Shown here in pieces: positions 11,058 to 21,496 of a stretch of 64,000 nucleotides of DNA. Made by a program: the position numbers and the translations under genes. How positions within the stretch are numbered: position 1 is the stretch's first letter; each line of letters opens with the position of its first letter. The notes under the pieces were generated by a model. It searched no databases and had not been told where the DNA came from. It was given only the letters and a program-made list of their open reading frames with translations. Origin of the DNA: a virus; the IMG/VR virus record IMGVR_UViG_3300022895_000010, one strand, 5' to 3'.

Positions 11058-12701
11058 ATGGTTAAATTATTAGATAAAATAATGCCAGGAACAACAATGG
11101 CTCAATTGATTGAATTAGGTCAAGGTTTTCTAGTAAATGGACAGTATTATGATAAAAATACAATGTCTCCAATTCCTTTTAAGACTATTTCATCTGAATC
11201 AACATATCATAAACCATATACACGTCAATCTATTATAACACGTTATATAGGTTCGACATATTCAAACCAACCATATCAAAACTTTAATGATATGACTGAT
11301 ACACTTATCATTGATAGTAATGATCCAAATACAAGCTATAAAATGGTACGAAGTCAGGATATGCAACCAAATGATTATAGTAGTTCTGTTACGGCAAGAT
11401 TTGAGAGAATTATTAAATGTACTGTAATTGGTAATGATGTTCAACTTAAAGAAAACTATTGCTACACACAAATAGCTGGTGAAGCTCAAGGTGCCACTGA
11501 TACTTATTTAGGTCAAGATGAATATTTTTTATATTTTGCATCTAGTGGTAATAGAGGAACAACATCTTATTCGTCTTCTTCATTTATTTATAGAATCAAT
11601 AAAGAGACACTAGGATTTGGTCTTCTTTATAACAGAGCAAATATATCATATTCAGGCACTTTTTCTAAAATATTTGAGACTCCTCAATTTATTTATTTCT
11701 TTAGATTTGGTACTTATTATGCTATGTCATATGTTGAAAAACTTGATAAGAGTACAGGTAGTGTTACAAGTGTTGCAACTTTAAATTCAAATCAACCAGT
11801 TCTAAATACAATGAATTATGCTAAAGGTCATGTTAGAGATGGGGAAAAGTATGTAACATATTTCTTTGATTTTAAAAATACAACTCCAACAGATCCTGAT
11901 AATTGTGTTATTAGAATGGTTACAGTAAATCCAAGTGCTCCTACATTATCTGAAGAAGTTTCTTATAAAAATGCAGTAATTGATTGGGGTACTTCAGGTA
12001 TAACAAAAATTAATCCTTTATCTTATGGTAATACTATAGTTCAAAATAATAGAACATACGATGCTCAAATTATTACTATTGAAGGTATAAAATACTTAAA
12101 TATTGCAGTTTATTATAGAAACTCTGATACGTTAAGTACTAAATATCAAGGACTTTATACTTTTAAAATTGAACCTGATTTCAGTTTAAAATTTATTAAG
12201 TTCATAAACTTCTCAAGTTCTGATACACGAGGAATCATGTATAGTAAAGATAAGAAAATGATAGTTGCTGGAACTGAAAATACTATTGTGTTCCTTAACT
12301 TTAACGTAGTATCAGGTTCTTATGAAAAGACTGATGAAATTCCTTTGACTAATAAAGGTATGGGATTAGATTCAAATGATAATTTATGGGTTACTGACCT
12401 TAGTAATAATCTTCACTTCTTTACACCTGATATCCCTACATTCGTTGGTGTTGAATTTGAGAATAAAACATTAAAGTATGAAGGAACTGATTTAGATAGC
12501 AATATCATTGTAGATGCATCAAACTATAATGGCGCTAGAGTTGAAATTACTCTTGATCTTTCACTAAAAGGACCAGTTGTATTTAAAGACAATAGTTCTA
12601 AAACAATTACTGTAACTACAGGAAAAACTGATAAAATCAAAATACCTATTAAGATTAAAGGTTCTGGTAGTGTCAGCGTTTATCCTAAATTAGTATTATA
12701 A
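11058..12701 (+). CDS. Putative receptor-binding/tail protein, paralogue 2 of 3
   Basis: SD AAGGAGG. QLIEL..NGQYYD N-terminus and KGPVVFKDN..KTITVTT..IPI C-terminus match 9494..11044. Confidence 0.5.
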   Translation: MVKLLDKIMPGTTMAQLIELGQGFLVNGQYYDKNTMSPIPFKTISSESTYHKPYTRQSIITRYIGSTYSNQPYQNFNDMTDTLIIDSNDPNTSYKMVRSQDMQPNDYSSSVTARFERIIKCTVIGNDVQLKENYCYTQIAGEAQGATDTYLGQDEYFLYFASSGNRGTTSYSSSSFIYRINKETLGFGLLYNRANISYSGTFSKIFETPQFIYFFRFGTYYAMSYVEKLDKSTGSVTSVATLNSNQPVLNTMNYAKGHVRDGEKYVTYFFDFKNTTPTDPDNCVIRMVTVNPSAPTLSEEVSYKNAVIDWGTSGITKINPLSYGNTIVQNNRTYDAQIITIEGIKYLNIAVYYRNSDTLSTKYQGLYTFKIEPDFSLKFIKFINFSSSDTRGIMYSKDKKMIVAGTENTIVFLNFNVVSGSYEKTDEIPLTNKGMGLDSNDNLWVTDLSNNLHFFTPDIPTFVGVEFENKTLKYEGTDLDSNIIVDASNYNGARVEITLDLSLKGPVVFKDNSSKTITVTTGKTDKIKIPIKIKGSGSVSVYPKLVL

Positions 12702-12709
12702 TTATAAAT

Positions 12710-12750
12710 TCTGTAGTGTTATATTTATATAGCACTACAGATTATTTTAT
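12710..12750 (+). terminator. Intrinsic terminator-like hairpin
   Basis: TCTGTAGTG...CACTACAGA inverted repeat followed by a T-rich tract. Confidence 0.6.
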
Positions 12751-12768
12751 ATGATAGGAGGATTTATT

Positions 12769-14484
12769 ATGATTAATATTAGTAAGTCTACATTTAGTAA
12801 TAATTTTAAACAATTCTTTGAAACCAAATATGGTTATGTGATCCATAATAGATATTATGATAAAAACTTTAATTTTGTATGTGAAATTGAGAATTTACCT
12901 TATATACCAGCCCCATACCAATCAGGTATAAATTCAATCCCTTTAGCATTTACTAGATGGAATGATGGACGTATAGGTGGATTTCATAATTCATTAGGGA
13001 AAAATAATTATGTGCAAGATAAAAATGATAAAAATATTTTTTATTATGCTACTACTATTTATTATAATGAAGGTTCATATGATGGTTGGATGAATTATAT
13101 GGCAGTATATAAATTTTATGAATCTGAAACTGAATTCAAGTATCTAGATTATACAGGTTTGATGAGTGACGCATACTATCTTTATTCACCACAGGAGATT
13201 TTTTATCAAGATGATAAATATATCTATGTAACTGTATATTCCAATTATTGGGATACTAACTATAATAGACCATCAATTACTGCACATAATATGAAAATTG
13301 TTAGATATGATAAAATTAATTTTAACAATAATAATGGTCGTACTGTTATGTATGATAGCGGTGCTGACAGTACCGGTGGAGTGATGAAAAAAGTATTTGA
13401 AGATGATAAAAGAATAATTTTAATTGCAAAATCAACTTATCATATCCAAAACGTAAGAATATTCGAGTTCAATAAGACATCAGGTTCAGTAACTTATACA
13501 GATAGATCGACAAATACTACTACGTATGGAGAAACTAGAATCTGTATATACCGAGATGTTATCTATAGTAAAGAAAATAATACATTAAAAATATATGTAT
13601 TACATGAAGAAGGAATAAATAGTACAACTGCATTTACTACAAAATTAGGAGTTATTACTTACAGTCTAGAGGCAAAGTCTACATCTTATAAAACTATAGA
13701 TATTGATTCAAATGGAATTAAAGTACCAAAATATCCGCAAATAGCAGGTAGTACTTCGACTACAAGTTGGTTTACTAATAGATGTGTTTATGACTTCTTC
13801 CTAACTAAAGCTAATAATGGGGAGGATATTATAAATATAGCAATGTATAATGTTAATTTAATTAATTATACTAATTTAATATATGGTTCAAGTGGTACTA
13901 CCGATGCGTTTGGTATTTATAGTTTTAAACAAGATTCAGAAAATCCTGATCTTATTAAACTAACTAATCGAGTTATTTATAACCTCCCTAGTGCGGCTCA
14001 AGTAATGGGCATCTTAGTTTCAGAGGATAGAAAGAAATGTATAACAGCTTCAAAAGATGGCGTTGTAGAGTACTTCATATTTGATGAAGAAAAACAAGGT
14101 TTTAAATCATTAAAAACAATACAAGGTAAGAAAAAATCAGTAACATTTGAAGAATCTACTAATCGTTTATTCTTTATAAATGAAAATGATGAGATAGAAT
14201 ACCTAGCATTAAATAATTCAGCAGATATCAATATCAAGTTCGAAAAGAGAGAAGTTAATTACTCTGGTGAAGAAGTTAGTAATAAACTTTTAATTGAAAG
14301 CAAAAACTTTGTTAATGAATTAGTATCATCTAAAATAGAAATAATTCTTAAAGGTAATGCTAAATTTACTGAGAATGGTACTAAAACTATTACAGTAGAT
14401 ACAATTACTACTGGTACTACTGAAGTTCCCATTACTGTAACTGGTTATGGTAAAATTGACCTCGAAATGTTTTTAATTGAATAG
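12769..14484 (+). CDS. Putative receptor-binding/tail protein, paralogue 3 of 3
   Basis: Start moved to ATG 12769 (SD AGGAGG). C-terminal KGNAKFTENGTKTITVDT..VPITV is shared with the two previous ORFs. Confidence 0.5.
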   Translation: MINISKSTFSNNFKQFFETKYGYVIHNRYYDKNFNFVCEIENLPYIPAPYQSGINSIPLAFTRWNDGRIGGFHNSLGKNNYVQDKNDKNIFYYATTIYYNEGSYDGWMNYMAVYKFYESETEFKYLDYTGLMSDAYYLYSPQEIFYQDDKYIYVTVYSNYWDTNYNRPSITAHNMKIVRYDKINFNNNNGRTVMYDSGADSTGGVMKKVFEDDKRIILIAKSTYHIQNVRIFEFNKTSGSVTYTDRSTNTTTYGETRICIYRDVIYSKENNTLKIYVLHEEGINSTTAFTTKLGVITYSLEAKSTSYKTIDIDSNGIKVPKYPQIAGSTSTTSWFTNRCVYDFFLTKANNGEDIINIAMYNVNLINYTNLIYGSSGTTDAFGIYSFKQDSENPDLIKLTNRVIYNLPSAAQVMGILVSEDRKKCITASKDGVVEYFIFDEEKQGFKSLKTIQGKKKSVTFEESTNRLFFINENDEIEYLALNNSADINIKFEKREVNYSGEEVSNKLLIESKNFVNELVSSKIEIILKGNAKFTENGTKTITVDTITTGTTEVPITVTGYGKIDLEMFLIE

Positions 14485-14497
14485 GAGGTGTTCATAA

Positions 14498-15463
14498 ATG
14501 AATTTTGGTACAGCATTAGTTGAAAATAAATCGGATTTAAAGAGTCCTTTGAAAATTGAAACTAATATGTCTATGTCAATTAATAAAGTTCCTCTGAATC
14601 CTAGAATGAATATAGTTGTGAAACCAGACCAAATGGATGTTTCCCTAACTGAAAATGGTACTAAAATTTCAATGGACTCGTCTTCAGGAATTATAGTTGT
14701 TGGTGAAAAATTTCAAACTAAAAGAACCTTTCTAGGTACTAAAGATTTTAATGTAGTCAATGCTACAAATAAAAAGAAAATTCCTTTATTAAATAGTTAT
14801 TTTATTTCTACTTCAAAAGATCCTAGTTTTATTGAAGTAGGTCTTAAAAAAGCATTTAAAGAAAGCTATAATAAAAAGATTAAAAAATTTCCTACTGAAA
14901 GTATTTCTATGGTTTATGAGCAACCTAAACTTGGTTTATACAATACTAAAAGGGAATTTAGTTCTCAAGCAATGGTTACTAATAAAAATAGTACATTCTT
15001 AGATATGATTAAAACTAAAGCTTTAAGAGTTGTAGATTTAAAAGCTTCTGAGTTTGAAGTTAAATCTGATAAAGATAATGCTGTATTTATTGGAGACACT
15101 GAAAATATATTAGTATTGGGACGTTCTTTACTTGAAAGTGTAACTCAATATAAAGGTGATTTTATGTTTGTAGATGGTTTCAAAGAAGTAAATACTTCTG
15201 GAACTACTGGCGAAGGTGGATTACAAAATCTTGAATTTGTCTTACAACCTCAATCATTTATTAGTATTAATATGGACTTTGGTGAAGGTAAGAAAATAAA
15301 AGAAGTAGTAGGTTTACCAAATGCTATGAACTATTTTAAAGAGGAAAACAAGATTAAAGGTACTCCTTTATTCTCAGGCAAATATACATTTATTATCAGG
15401 TTTGAAAGTGGAGATGAAATGATCGGAAAAATCGAAGTACCTCCATTACAACGTAATCTATAA
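14498..15463 (+). CDS. Hypothetical virion protein with C-terminal Ig-like segment
   Basis: SD AGGAGGT. C-terminal GLP...IKGTP..SGKYTF resembles putative Ig (He_PIG-like) repeats. Confidence 0.4.
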   Translation: MNFGTALVENKSDLKSPLKIETNMSMSINKVPLNPRMNIVVKPDQMDVSLTENGTKISMDSSSGIIVVGEKFQTKRTFLGTKDFNVVNATNKKKIPLLNSYFISTSKDPSFIEVGLKKAFKESYNKKIKKFPTESISMVYEQPKLGLYNTKREFSSQAMVTNKNSTFLDMIKTKALRVVDLKASEFEVKSDKDNAVFIGDTENILVLGRSLLESVTQYKGDFMFVDGFKEVNTSGTTGEGGLQNLEFVLQPQSFISINMDFGEGKKIKEVVGLPNAMNYFKEENKIKGTPLFSGKYTFIIRFESGDEMIGKIEVPPLQRNL

Positions 15464-15466
15464 AAG

Positions 15467-15499
15467 TGGAAAGTCATATACAATGTATATGACTTTTCA
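15467..15499 (+). terminator. Terminator-like hairpin closing the fibre operon
   Basis: AAAGTCATATAC/GTATATGACTTT inverted repeat. Confidence 0.6.
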
Positions 15500-15529
15500 T
15501 ATTATAATTTTTTAATACAATAATATTTC

Positions 15530-15541
15530 AACAAATAATTA
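15530..15541 (+). promoter_or_regulatory. AR9-type late promoter motif AACA-N6-TA
   Basis: AACA-aataat-TA between a terminator and the next gene. Confidence 0.5.
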
Positions 15542-15557
15542 AAAATACTACTATAAT

Positions 15558-16013
15558 GTGGGAGGTGTTTTCTGCTATAAGAAGTCTGTAATCTTCATAT
15601 GGCAGTTGAATAAAATGAAATTAAGACTAGTTTCTAAAATCTTACGTATCAATTTGTGGGGAACACTACTTTTCTTGTTAAACTTCACGATTACCTTACA
15701 TATAATATTCAAAGAACAAGATGGGTTAACAGGGTCAAACTTTGAGAAAATGATTAGTGACTTTGGAATGGTTACATTTATTTCATCTGTAATACTTGTA
15801 CTTTCAATATGTCAATTTGTAGGCATGCTTAGACATGGTAACTTATTTGAAGTCTACGTAATCTATCCATTACTTATTTTCTCATGGACATTCTTAGTTA
15901 CAACTTTAATATTTGCTTATCATACTGTAGATATTAATACTTATCTATATGGTCTGTTACCGTTTTTACATTTCTATCAACTTAAAAAGATTTATAATGG
16001 GGAGGTGAGCTAA
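15558..16013 (+). CDS. Membrane protein (3-4 TM), start uncertain
   Basis: Several hydrophobic helices. Adjacent to a holin-like gene. Confidence 0.5.
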   Translation: MGGVFCYKKSVIFIWQLNKMKLRLVSKILRINLWGTLLFLLNFTITLHIIFKEQDGLTGSNFEKMISDFGMVTFISSVILVLSICQFVGMLRHGNLFEVYVIYPLLIFSWTFLVTTLIFAYHTVDINTYLYGLLPFLHFYQLKKIYNGEVS

Positions 16014-16014
16014 A

Positions 16015-16368
16015 GTGTTAGATAAAGTTTCAGAATTCGTTATACCAGCAGTTTCAGCAGGGGTAACAGCACTATTAACATTTGTAGCTACTCGTAAGAA
16101 AGATAAAGGTGATATTCAAAAATTTTATGTAGACAAGGTAGAAGAATTAATTGAACGACAAGAAGCCGAAATAAAAAGTCTTACAGGTAAGGTTGATTCT
16201 TTAACTGAAGAAAACAATACTCTTAAAAAATTGCTAATGGATTTAAAAGAGGATAATGTTGATTTAAAGAATATTAACAAGGAACTTATTAGTGAAATCA
16301 CTAAATTGAAACGAATTCTGATTGAAAATGGTCTTAAACCATCTACAAATACTGTGAATAAGGGATAA
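16015..16368 (+). CDS. Single-TM coiled-coil protein (holin/XhlA-like)
   Basis: GTG start, SD GGAGG. N-terminal TM followed by a basic patch and heptad repeats. Confidence 0.45.
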   Translation: MLDKVSEFVIPAVSAGVTALLTFVATRKKDKGDIQKFYVDKVEELIERQEAEIKSLTGKVDSLTEENNTLKKLLMDLKEDNVDLKNINKELISEITKLKRILIENGLKPSTNTVNKG

Positions 16369-16393
16369 TTTTTTAATTATCTCTTATTCACAA

Positions 16394-16405
16394 AACAATT
16401 CTATA
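16394..16405 (+). promoter_or_regulatory. Late promoter motif AACA-N6-TA
   Basis: AACA-attcta-TA just after a hairpin and upstream of the SD. Confidence 0.5.
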
Positions 16406-16413
16406 ATAGTTAA

Positions 16414-18348
16414 ATGAAGGGAGTGCTACTATTGATTAACTTTAATCCTTCTAGTGGTTTAATTCATAATGTAGAAGTATCTATTACTTATTCAGAGAAA
16501 CAAAAAAATAGATCAACTTTCGGATTAAAAGGTAAAGAATTGTATTATGAAAAACCTTTTAGGGTTTATGAAAATACTACTATAACGGCAAAAGAGATTA
16601 ATGATAGATTAAATGCTGGAAATGTTGTTGTTGGTACTGAATCTAAAGATATTTCCAATGTAGATTTAGATGCGCCACCTGCTCCAATACTAACAGGTGT
16701 TACTGAAGGTGGAAGATATAATAGTGTATCATTGAATATTTCAAATAAAAGCGCTTTATATGATTATGTGATAGAACTTAATGGTAAACCCTATACATTA
16801 GGTAGTACTGTTAGTGAATCAGGTAAATATGCTTTTGTAGTAACATGTAAGAAAAAAACTAATTATAAAACTAGTTCAGCTACACTTACATTTGAAATAA
16901 TTCGTAAAGATACATTTGAAGCACCATCTATATTCTATACACCTGAAAGAACTCTTAATAAAGATGTAAGGGTTTCTATTATTTATAGTAGAAAGACATC
17001 TATTAATGAGTATAAAATAGGTAATGGAGCTTGGACTGCATATAGCGGTGCATTTACTATTACACAAAATGATACTATTTATGCAAGAAGTATTAATTCA
17101 GTTGGTGAAATTAATGAATCAAATATAACAGTTAGTAATATTGATAATACACCTCCTGATGTTCCTATTATTTATGGTATTGAACCTGATTCCATTCAAA
17201 CGCATGCTTTTCCAACTGTTCATAAGAAACGCAATCATAATTATGCTTTTGAATTAAATGGTAAACCTTATGAGCTTTATACTCCAATAACCAACTTTAC
17301 TAGGATTAAAAAGACATATACATTCAAGGTAACAGCTACTAAGAAATGGAATGGTAAATCTACATCCGCTACTAAAACGTTTACTATTGACACTATACCT
17401 CCTATGAAACCAGAGGTTATAGGTATAACTCCTAATAATTTTGGTAAAGAATTTATTCCTAAATTATCTTTCAAAGAGGTAGGAGTTAAATATACTGCTT
17501 GTCTAAATGGTGTTCCATTTGATATAGAAGCAGATGTTAATCCTTTCCCTAAAACTACTAATCGCTCAGATGACTTTTATATTATTACAGTTACAGCAAC
17601 TAAATTATCTAATAACTTAAAGAGTAGTTCTTTTATTTATTTTGAATTAAATAATAATGCTTCTCTTAATATAATTAGTCCTAATCGAGTAATTTTTAAA
17701 CCTCTATACAGAGAGAATAAAAAATTAAGAGCGATTGCAGATGAGTTAGTAGTAGATCAATACACTGGACATATTTATTTAACTGATTCAGTTAAAGATT
17801 CTGAGGGCGATTTAAAACTTAAGAATATTACAGAAACAGTAGAAAAGATGATTCCTGATAGAGATATTCAACTTTCTTATAAATATCTGCCAGATTTAAA
17901 TAAAAGACTAGAATATCAGAATAATGTATTTATCTATTTAAGAGAAAGAATGACTAATTTAGAAGCAGATAATGCAAGAGTTAAAGCTGAATTAGATATT
18001 AGTGAAGCAGATTTAAATCGCCTTAAAGGAATTATAGATTCAAATGCATCCCTATTAAGCGATTTAGAGAATAAAATGAATAACCTAGAAACAGGTTTAA
18101 CTAATACTAATAATCTTATCTCAAGTATTAGAACTTCGTTCCAAGGAGTTAGAGATAAAGCAATTCAAAAGATTTATGATTTATATGAAAATGGAAGTAT
18201 TCTTGCAAGAAATATGCATTATGAGTACCTTTTAGAAGAAGTCATCTTGACTAAAGTCACTAGAGAACAATTCAATCAATTCAAGACAGATGAGATGAAC
18301 AAATATAATGCATTCAAGAAAAAGATTGATGACTTCCATAATAGTTAA
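16414..18348 (+). CDS. Ig-like repeat plus coiled-coil virion protein
   Basis: Repeated DxxPPxxPxIxG / LNGKPY Ig-like modules and a C-terminal coiled coil. The start may be TTG 16432. Confidence 0.55.
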   Translation: MKGVLLLINFNPSSGLIHNVEVSITYSEKQKNRSTFGLKGKELYYEKPFRVYENTTITAKEINDRLNAGNVVVGTESKDISNVDLDAPPAPILTGVTEGGRYNSVSLNISNKSALYDYVIELNGKPYTLGSTVSESGKYAFVVTCKKKTNYKTSSATLTFEIIRKDTFEAPSIFYTPERTLNKDVRVSIIYSRKTSINEYKIGNGAWTAYSGAFTITQNDTIYARSINSVGEINESNITVSNIDNTPPDVPIIYGIEPDSIQTHAFPTVHKKRNHNYAFELNGKPYELYTPITNFTRIKKTYTFKVTATKKWNGKSTSATKTFTIDTIPPMKPEVIGITPNNFGKEFIPKLSFKEVGVKYTACLNGVPFDIEADVNPFPKTTNRSDDFYIITVTATKLSNNLKSSSFIYFELNNNASLNIISPNRVIFKPLYRENKKLRAIADELVVDQYTGHIYLTDSVKDSEGDLKLKNITETVEKMIPDRDIQLSYKYLPDLNKRLEYQNNVFIYLRERMTNLEADNARVKAELDISEADLNRLKGIIDSNASLLSDLENKMNNLETGLTNTNNLISSIRTSFQGVRDKAIQKIYDLYENGSILARNMHYEYLLEEVILTKVTREQFNQFKTDEMNKYNAFKKKIDDFHNS

Positions 18349-18406
18349 TAATAAACCGTTAATAAGAATATTAACGGTTTAAATTTTATTAAAAGAAGGT
18401 GGATTT

Positions 18407-19060
18407 ATGTTTCGTGTTTCACTTGTACCTTTATTAGAAGAAAATTCAAATAATATTGAAGATGGTGAAATAACTGTTAACCGAATAACAGGTCATCTAT
18501 CAATTAAAAATAATGGTGAATTTGTAAGTAAAACTAAGGAACTTGAAGGAAGATCAATAATATTAGGTGAGGATATTAAATATCTTAGTCCTGAATATAA
18601 AGATCTTAAAAAAAGAACCGATGATGCAAAAGCAGAAGCAATTAAAATTGATGCTAGACTAGATGCAATTGAAACCGTTATAGCTGGTTTAGAGCAAAGA
18701 GAAGTAAGTTTAAAAGCATTAATAACACAGTTAGAGAATTCTAATGAAAGTCATTATCAAAGAACTGATAGTCTTTATGGTCGGCATGATAAGACTTCTG
18801 TAGATATATTTAAAAATTCTCCACCTATTATTGACTTAGAAAGACAATTTGATGAATTCAAATACTTCAAAGGTGAAATAGATAGTTGGTTTTCACATAT
18901 TGAGACTAGAAGAAATGGTGATTTAGCTACTTACCATACAAAAAATAGAAATGAACTAAATAGACGTGTTTATAAGCAGGAATTTATTGATTATAAGAAT
19001 TATATAGAAGGTCTTTATTCTGCATTAGGTGCGAGTTATACAGTTCAAGGTTTCGAATAA
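18407..19060 (+). CDS. Coiled-coil virion protein
   Basis: GEITVNRITGHL motif plus heptads. Similar to the C-terminal third of 16414..18348. Confidence 0.5.
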   Translation: MFRVSLVPLLEENSNNIEDGEITVNRITGHLSIKNNGEFVSKTKELEGRSIILGEDIKYLSPEYKDLKKRTDDAKAEAIKIDARLDAIETVIAGLEQREVSLKALITQLENSNESHYQRTDSLYGRHDKTSVDIFKNSPPIIDLERQFDEFKYFKGEIDSWFSHIETRRNGDLATYHTKNRNELNRRVYKQEFIDYKNYIEGLYSALGASYTVQGFE

Positions 19061-19079
19061 ACAGGGAGGTTGTTCATAT

Positions 19080-20180
19080 ATGCGACATATTTATAAACCT
19101 ATGGATATTAATGAATATGACGAGTTATTCCGAAAACGTTCGGTTTACCCTGAATCTGGGGAAATTGTGATAGACAGAGCGAAGAATAACTTCTGCGTTA
19201 TTGATGATTACGGTATTCCAATTTTCAATACTTCATATTTACAAGAAATGATTGCTAAACATAAAGATTCTTCAGAATATTTTGAAATGTTAGCAAATAG
19301 AGATAAAGTTAAGATGGATTTAATTGAACTTAATTATCGAGTTATAGCTTCTGAACAGAAAGTAATACAGCTTGAAAGAAGAAATGATGATCTTCAAAAT
19401 GGTTCAGGATTCATTGATCAACATCGTATTTATATTGATAGAATTACTAAATTCAATGTAGATAGACTAGGAAGATTAGATATAAAGATCAATGATACTA
19501 AGGGTATCATGGATGGATATATCCAAAGATTAAATAATTTACAAACTGAATTTAACAAAATTAATAGTACTTTAACCAATTCATCTAATGTTCAAGACCA
19601 ACGAAATCAGTTGCTTAATATTTGGAATGAAATACAAGCAATGATTGAAGATGCTAAACTTAAATTAAATAAGTTAGGATCAGGTAATGGTTCCATTACA
19701 GTAAGTAAACCTGTTACTAGAGAGGAATACCGAGAAGACTTTGGTTGGTTACGTTGGATGTCAAATAACAAAGACACTTATAATGGTGGTAGTCACCGAT
19801 TTGATGCCGCTTATCCAAGGATGCCAGAGGAAAAGGATGAATTCCGAGCAGGTTTAATAACAGATTTAGAATTTATCGGTTTATATCCAATTGATGCTAC
19901 ATGGCATGGAGCTAAGTATAAAGCTGGTTCGGGATTAAATCCAGATATAGATTCTCCTTATCGTCCTGCAATCGGTCAATATCCAGAACCATTAGATAAT
20001 AGATGGGCATTGGAATCATGGACTGATCGTTCTCAAGATCCTGTTTCAAATCTTACTTACTACCCAGAAGGAGTTCCATCTCAGTCTGGCGTTATAAACT
20101 ATTGGGGTAGAATGTTCCGTATCCGCTTTGGTGGTACAACAACTATTACTACAATAGAGTACGAAACAATTTATACATGA
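19080..20180 (+). CDS. Coiled-coil fibre-like protein
   Basis: Start moved to ATG 19080 (SD GGGAGG). GEIVID motif, coiled coil and globular C-terminus. Confidence 0.5.
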   Translation: MRHIYKPMDINEYDELFRKRSVYPESGEIVIDRAKNNFCVIDDYGIPIFNTSYLQEMIAKHKDSSEYFEMLANRDKVKMDLIELNYRVIASEQKVIQLERRNDDLQNGSGFIDQHRIYIDRITKFNVDRLGRLDIKINDTKGIMDGYIQRLNNLQTEFNKINSTLTNSSNVQDQRNQLLNIWNEIQAMIEDAKLKLNKLGSGNGSITVSKPVTREEYREDFGWLRWMSNNKDTYNGGSHRFDAAYPRMPEEKDEFRAGLITDLEFIGLYPIDATWHGAKYKAGSGLNPDIDSPYRPAIGQYPEPLDNRWALESWTDRSQDPVSNLTYYPEGVPSQSGVINYWGRMFRIRFGGTTTITTIEYETIYT

Positions 20181-20195
20181 TTGAGGGTGTATTAA

Positions 20196-21437
20196 ATGAC
20201 TGTAAATGTTAAATTAGTTGAAAGTGGATTACAACCAACATCAAATGCTCCACTAGTTAAAGGTAATCGTCCTTTAACTGTTATAGTAATGGATTCACGT
20301 ATAAAGAAAGCTTCAATTTATGATGTAGACAAAATGCATCGTAATAATGGTATCACTATGTTTGCATATCATTTTTATATAACTAAAGAGGGTATCATAT
20401 ATGTAGGTAGACCAGAAAATACTTATGGCAATGTAGTAGAGAATAGTACAATGCATAATCTAGATAGAAATAAGATAATGATATGTCTTGAAGGATACTT
20501 TAGTGATGAGAAACCAACTCAAGCACAAAAGATGTCATTAAAAATGTTAAATCGCTATTTAATTTCTATGTACCCGAATATTCATCATATCTATACATTA
20601 GACGAACTATTACCAGAAACTAATAATCCTGGAATACTATTTCCTGCAAATGAAATGCGTAGTGAAGCATTTGATACTATGCAACCATTATTTGTAGATA
20701 CTCCTTGTGGAATCCGTTCATATTCATATGGTTTAAGAGATTTAAGATATAATCCAGATGCTATTATGGGTGGAAATGATATTGAAGTTTATCAATATTA
20801 TCTAACTGCTATTGGTTATAAGATAGATATTAAGAATGGTTATTTTGATATCTATACTGAATTAGCTACTAAAGATTTCCAAAAGAATTCAGGTTTAAAG
20901 ATAACTGGTGTAGCTACTAAAGAAGTATTTGATAAAGTAAATGAAGTATATGACAAAATGTTTACTAAAGTAGATCCTAAGAGATTTAGAAGAATATTAA
21001 AGTTTATGAATCCTCCGATGGAAGGAGAAGATATTGGTTTCATTAAGCAAAAGTTAAATGAGACAAACTTTAATATTGAAAAGTTAGATAAAGTCTTTGA
21101 TGATAATCTAAGAACTGAAGTTACTAGATTCCAAACCGCTAAAGGAATGGCTATTGACGGTATAATCGGTCCTCTAACATTCCATGCTATTAAGAGCTTT
21201 AAAACAGTTACATTTACTAGACTTCTTAAGTATACTGTTCCTCCGATGGAAGGAGAAGATATAAAAGAAATTCAATTAAATCTAGCTAAATTAAATCTAT
21301 ATAAGAACACTATTAATGGTATATTTGATATCAACACTAAGATAGCAGTAGCAAACTTCCAAGCTACTAAATTCATTAAAGTTACAGGCGAAGTAGATGA
21401 GACTACTTTCAACCTAATAATGAATAGGGTAATATAA
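20196..21437 (+). CDS. Amidase_2-fold protein with three peptidoglycan-binding (PG_binding_1) repeats, catalytic residues appear altered
   Basis: AYHFYITKEGIIYVGRP and ICLEGYF amidase motifs, plus three MxGxDI..Q..L....DG.F...T..AV..FQ..G...G repeats. Confidence 0.75.
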   Translation: MTVNVKLVESGLQPTSNAPLVKGNRPLTVIVMDSRIKKASIYDVDKMHRNNGITMFAYHFYITKEGIIYVGRPENTYGNVVENSTMHNLDRNKIMICLEGYFSDEKPTQAQKMSLKMLNRYLISMYPNIHHIYTLDELLPETNNPGILFPANEMRSEAFDTMQPLFVDTPCGIRSYSYGLRDLRYNPDAIMGGNDIEVYQYYLTAIGYKIDIKNGYFDIYTELATKDFQKNSGLKITGVATKEVFDKVNEVYDKMFTKVDPKRFRRILKFMNPPMEGEDIGFIKQKLNETNFNIEKLDKVFDDNLRTEVTRFQTAKGMAIDGIIGPLTFHAIKSFKTVTFTRLLKYTVPPMEGEDIKEIQLNLAKLNLYKNTINGIFDINTKIAVANFQATKFIKVTGEVDETTFNLIMNRVI

Positions 21438-21439
21438 TT

Positions 21440-21484
21440 AATATAAGAAACTTGTCTATTAAAGATGAGTTTCTTATATTTTTA
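21440..21484 (+). terminator. Intrinsic terminator
   Basis: AATATAAGAAACT/AGTTTCTTATATT stem followed by a T tract. Confidence 0.7.
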
Positions 21485-21496
21485 TAAAAACTTTTT

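Noticed and set aside
9494-14484. Diversity-generating retroelement or invertible shufflon acting on the receptor-binding paralogues
   Set aside because: No reverse transcriptase, recombinase, TR/VR nucleotide repeat pair or inverted recombination sites were seen in the window.
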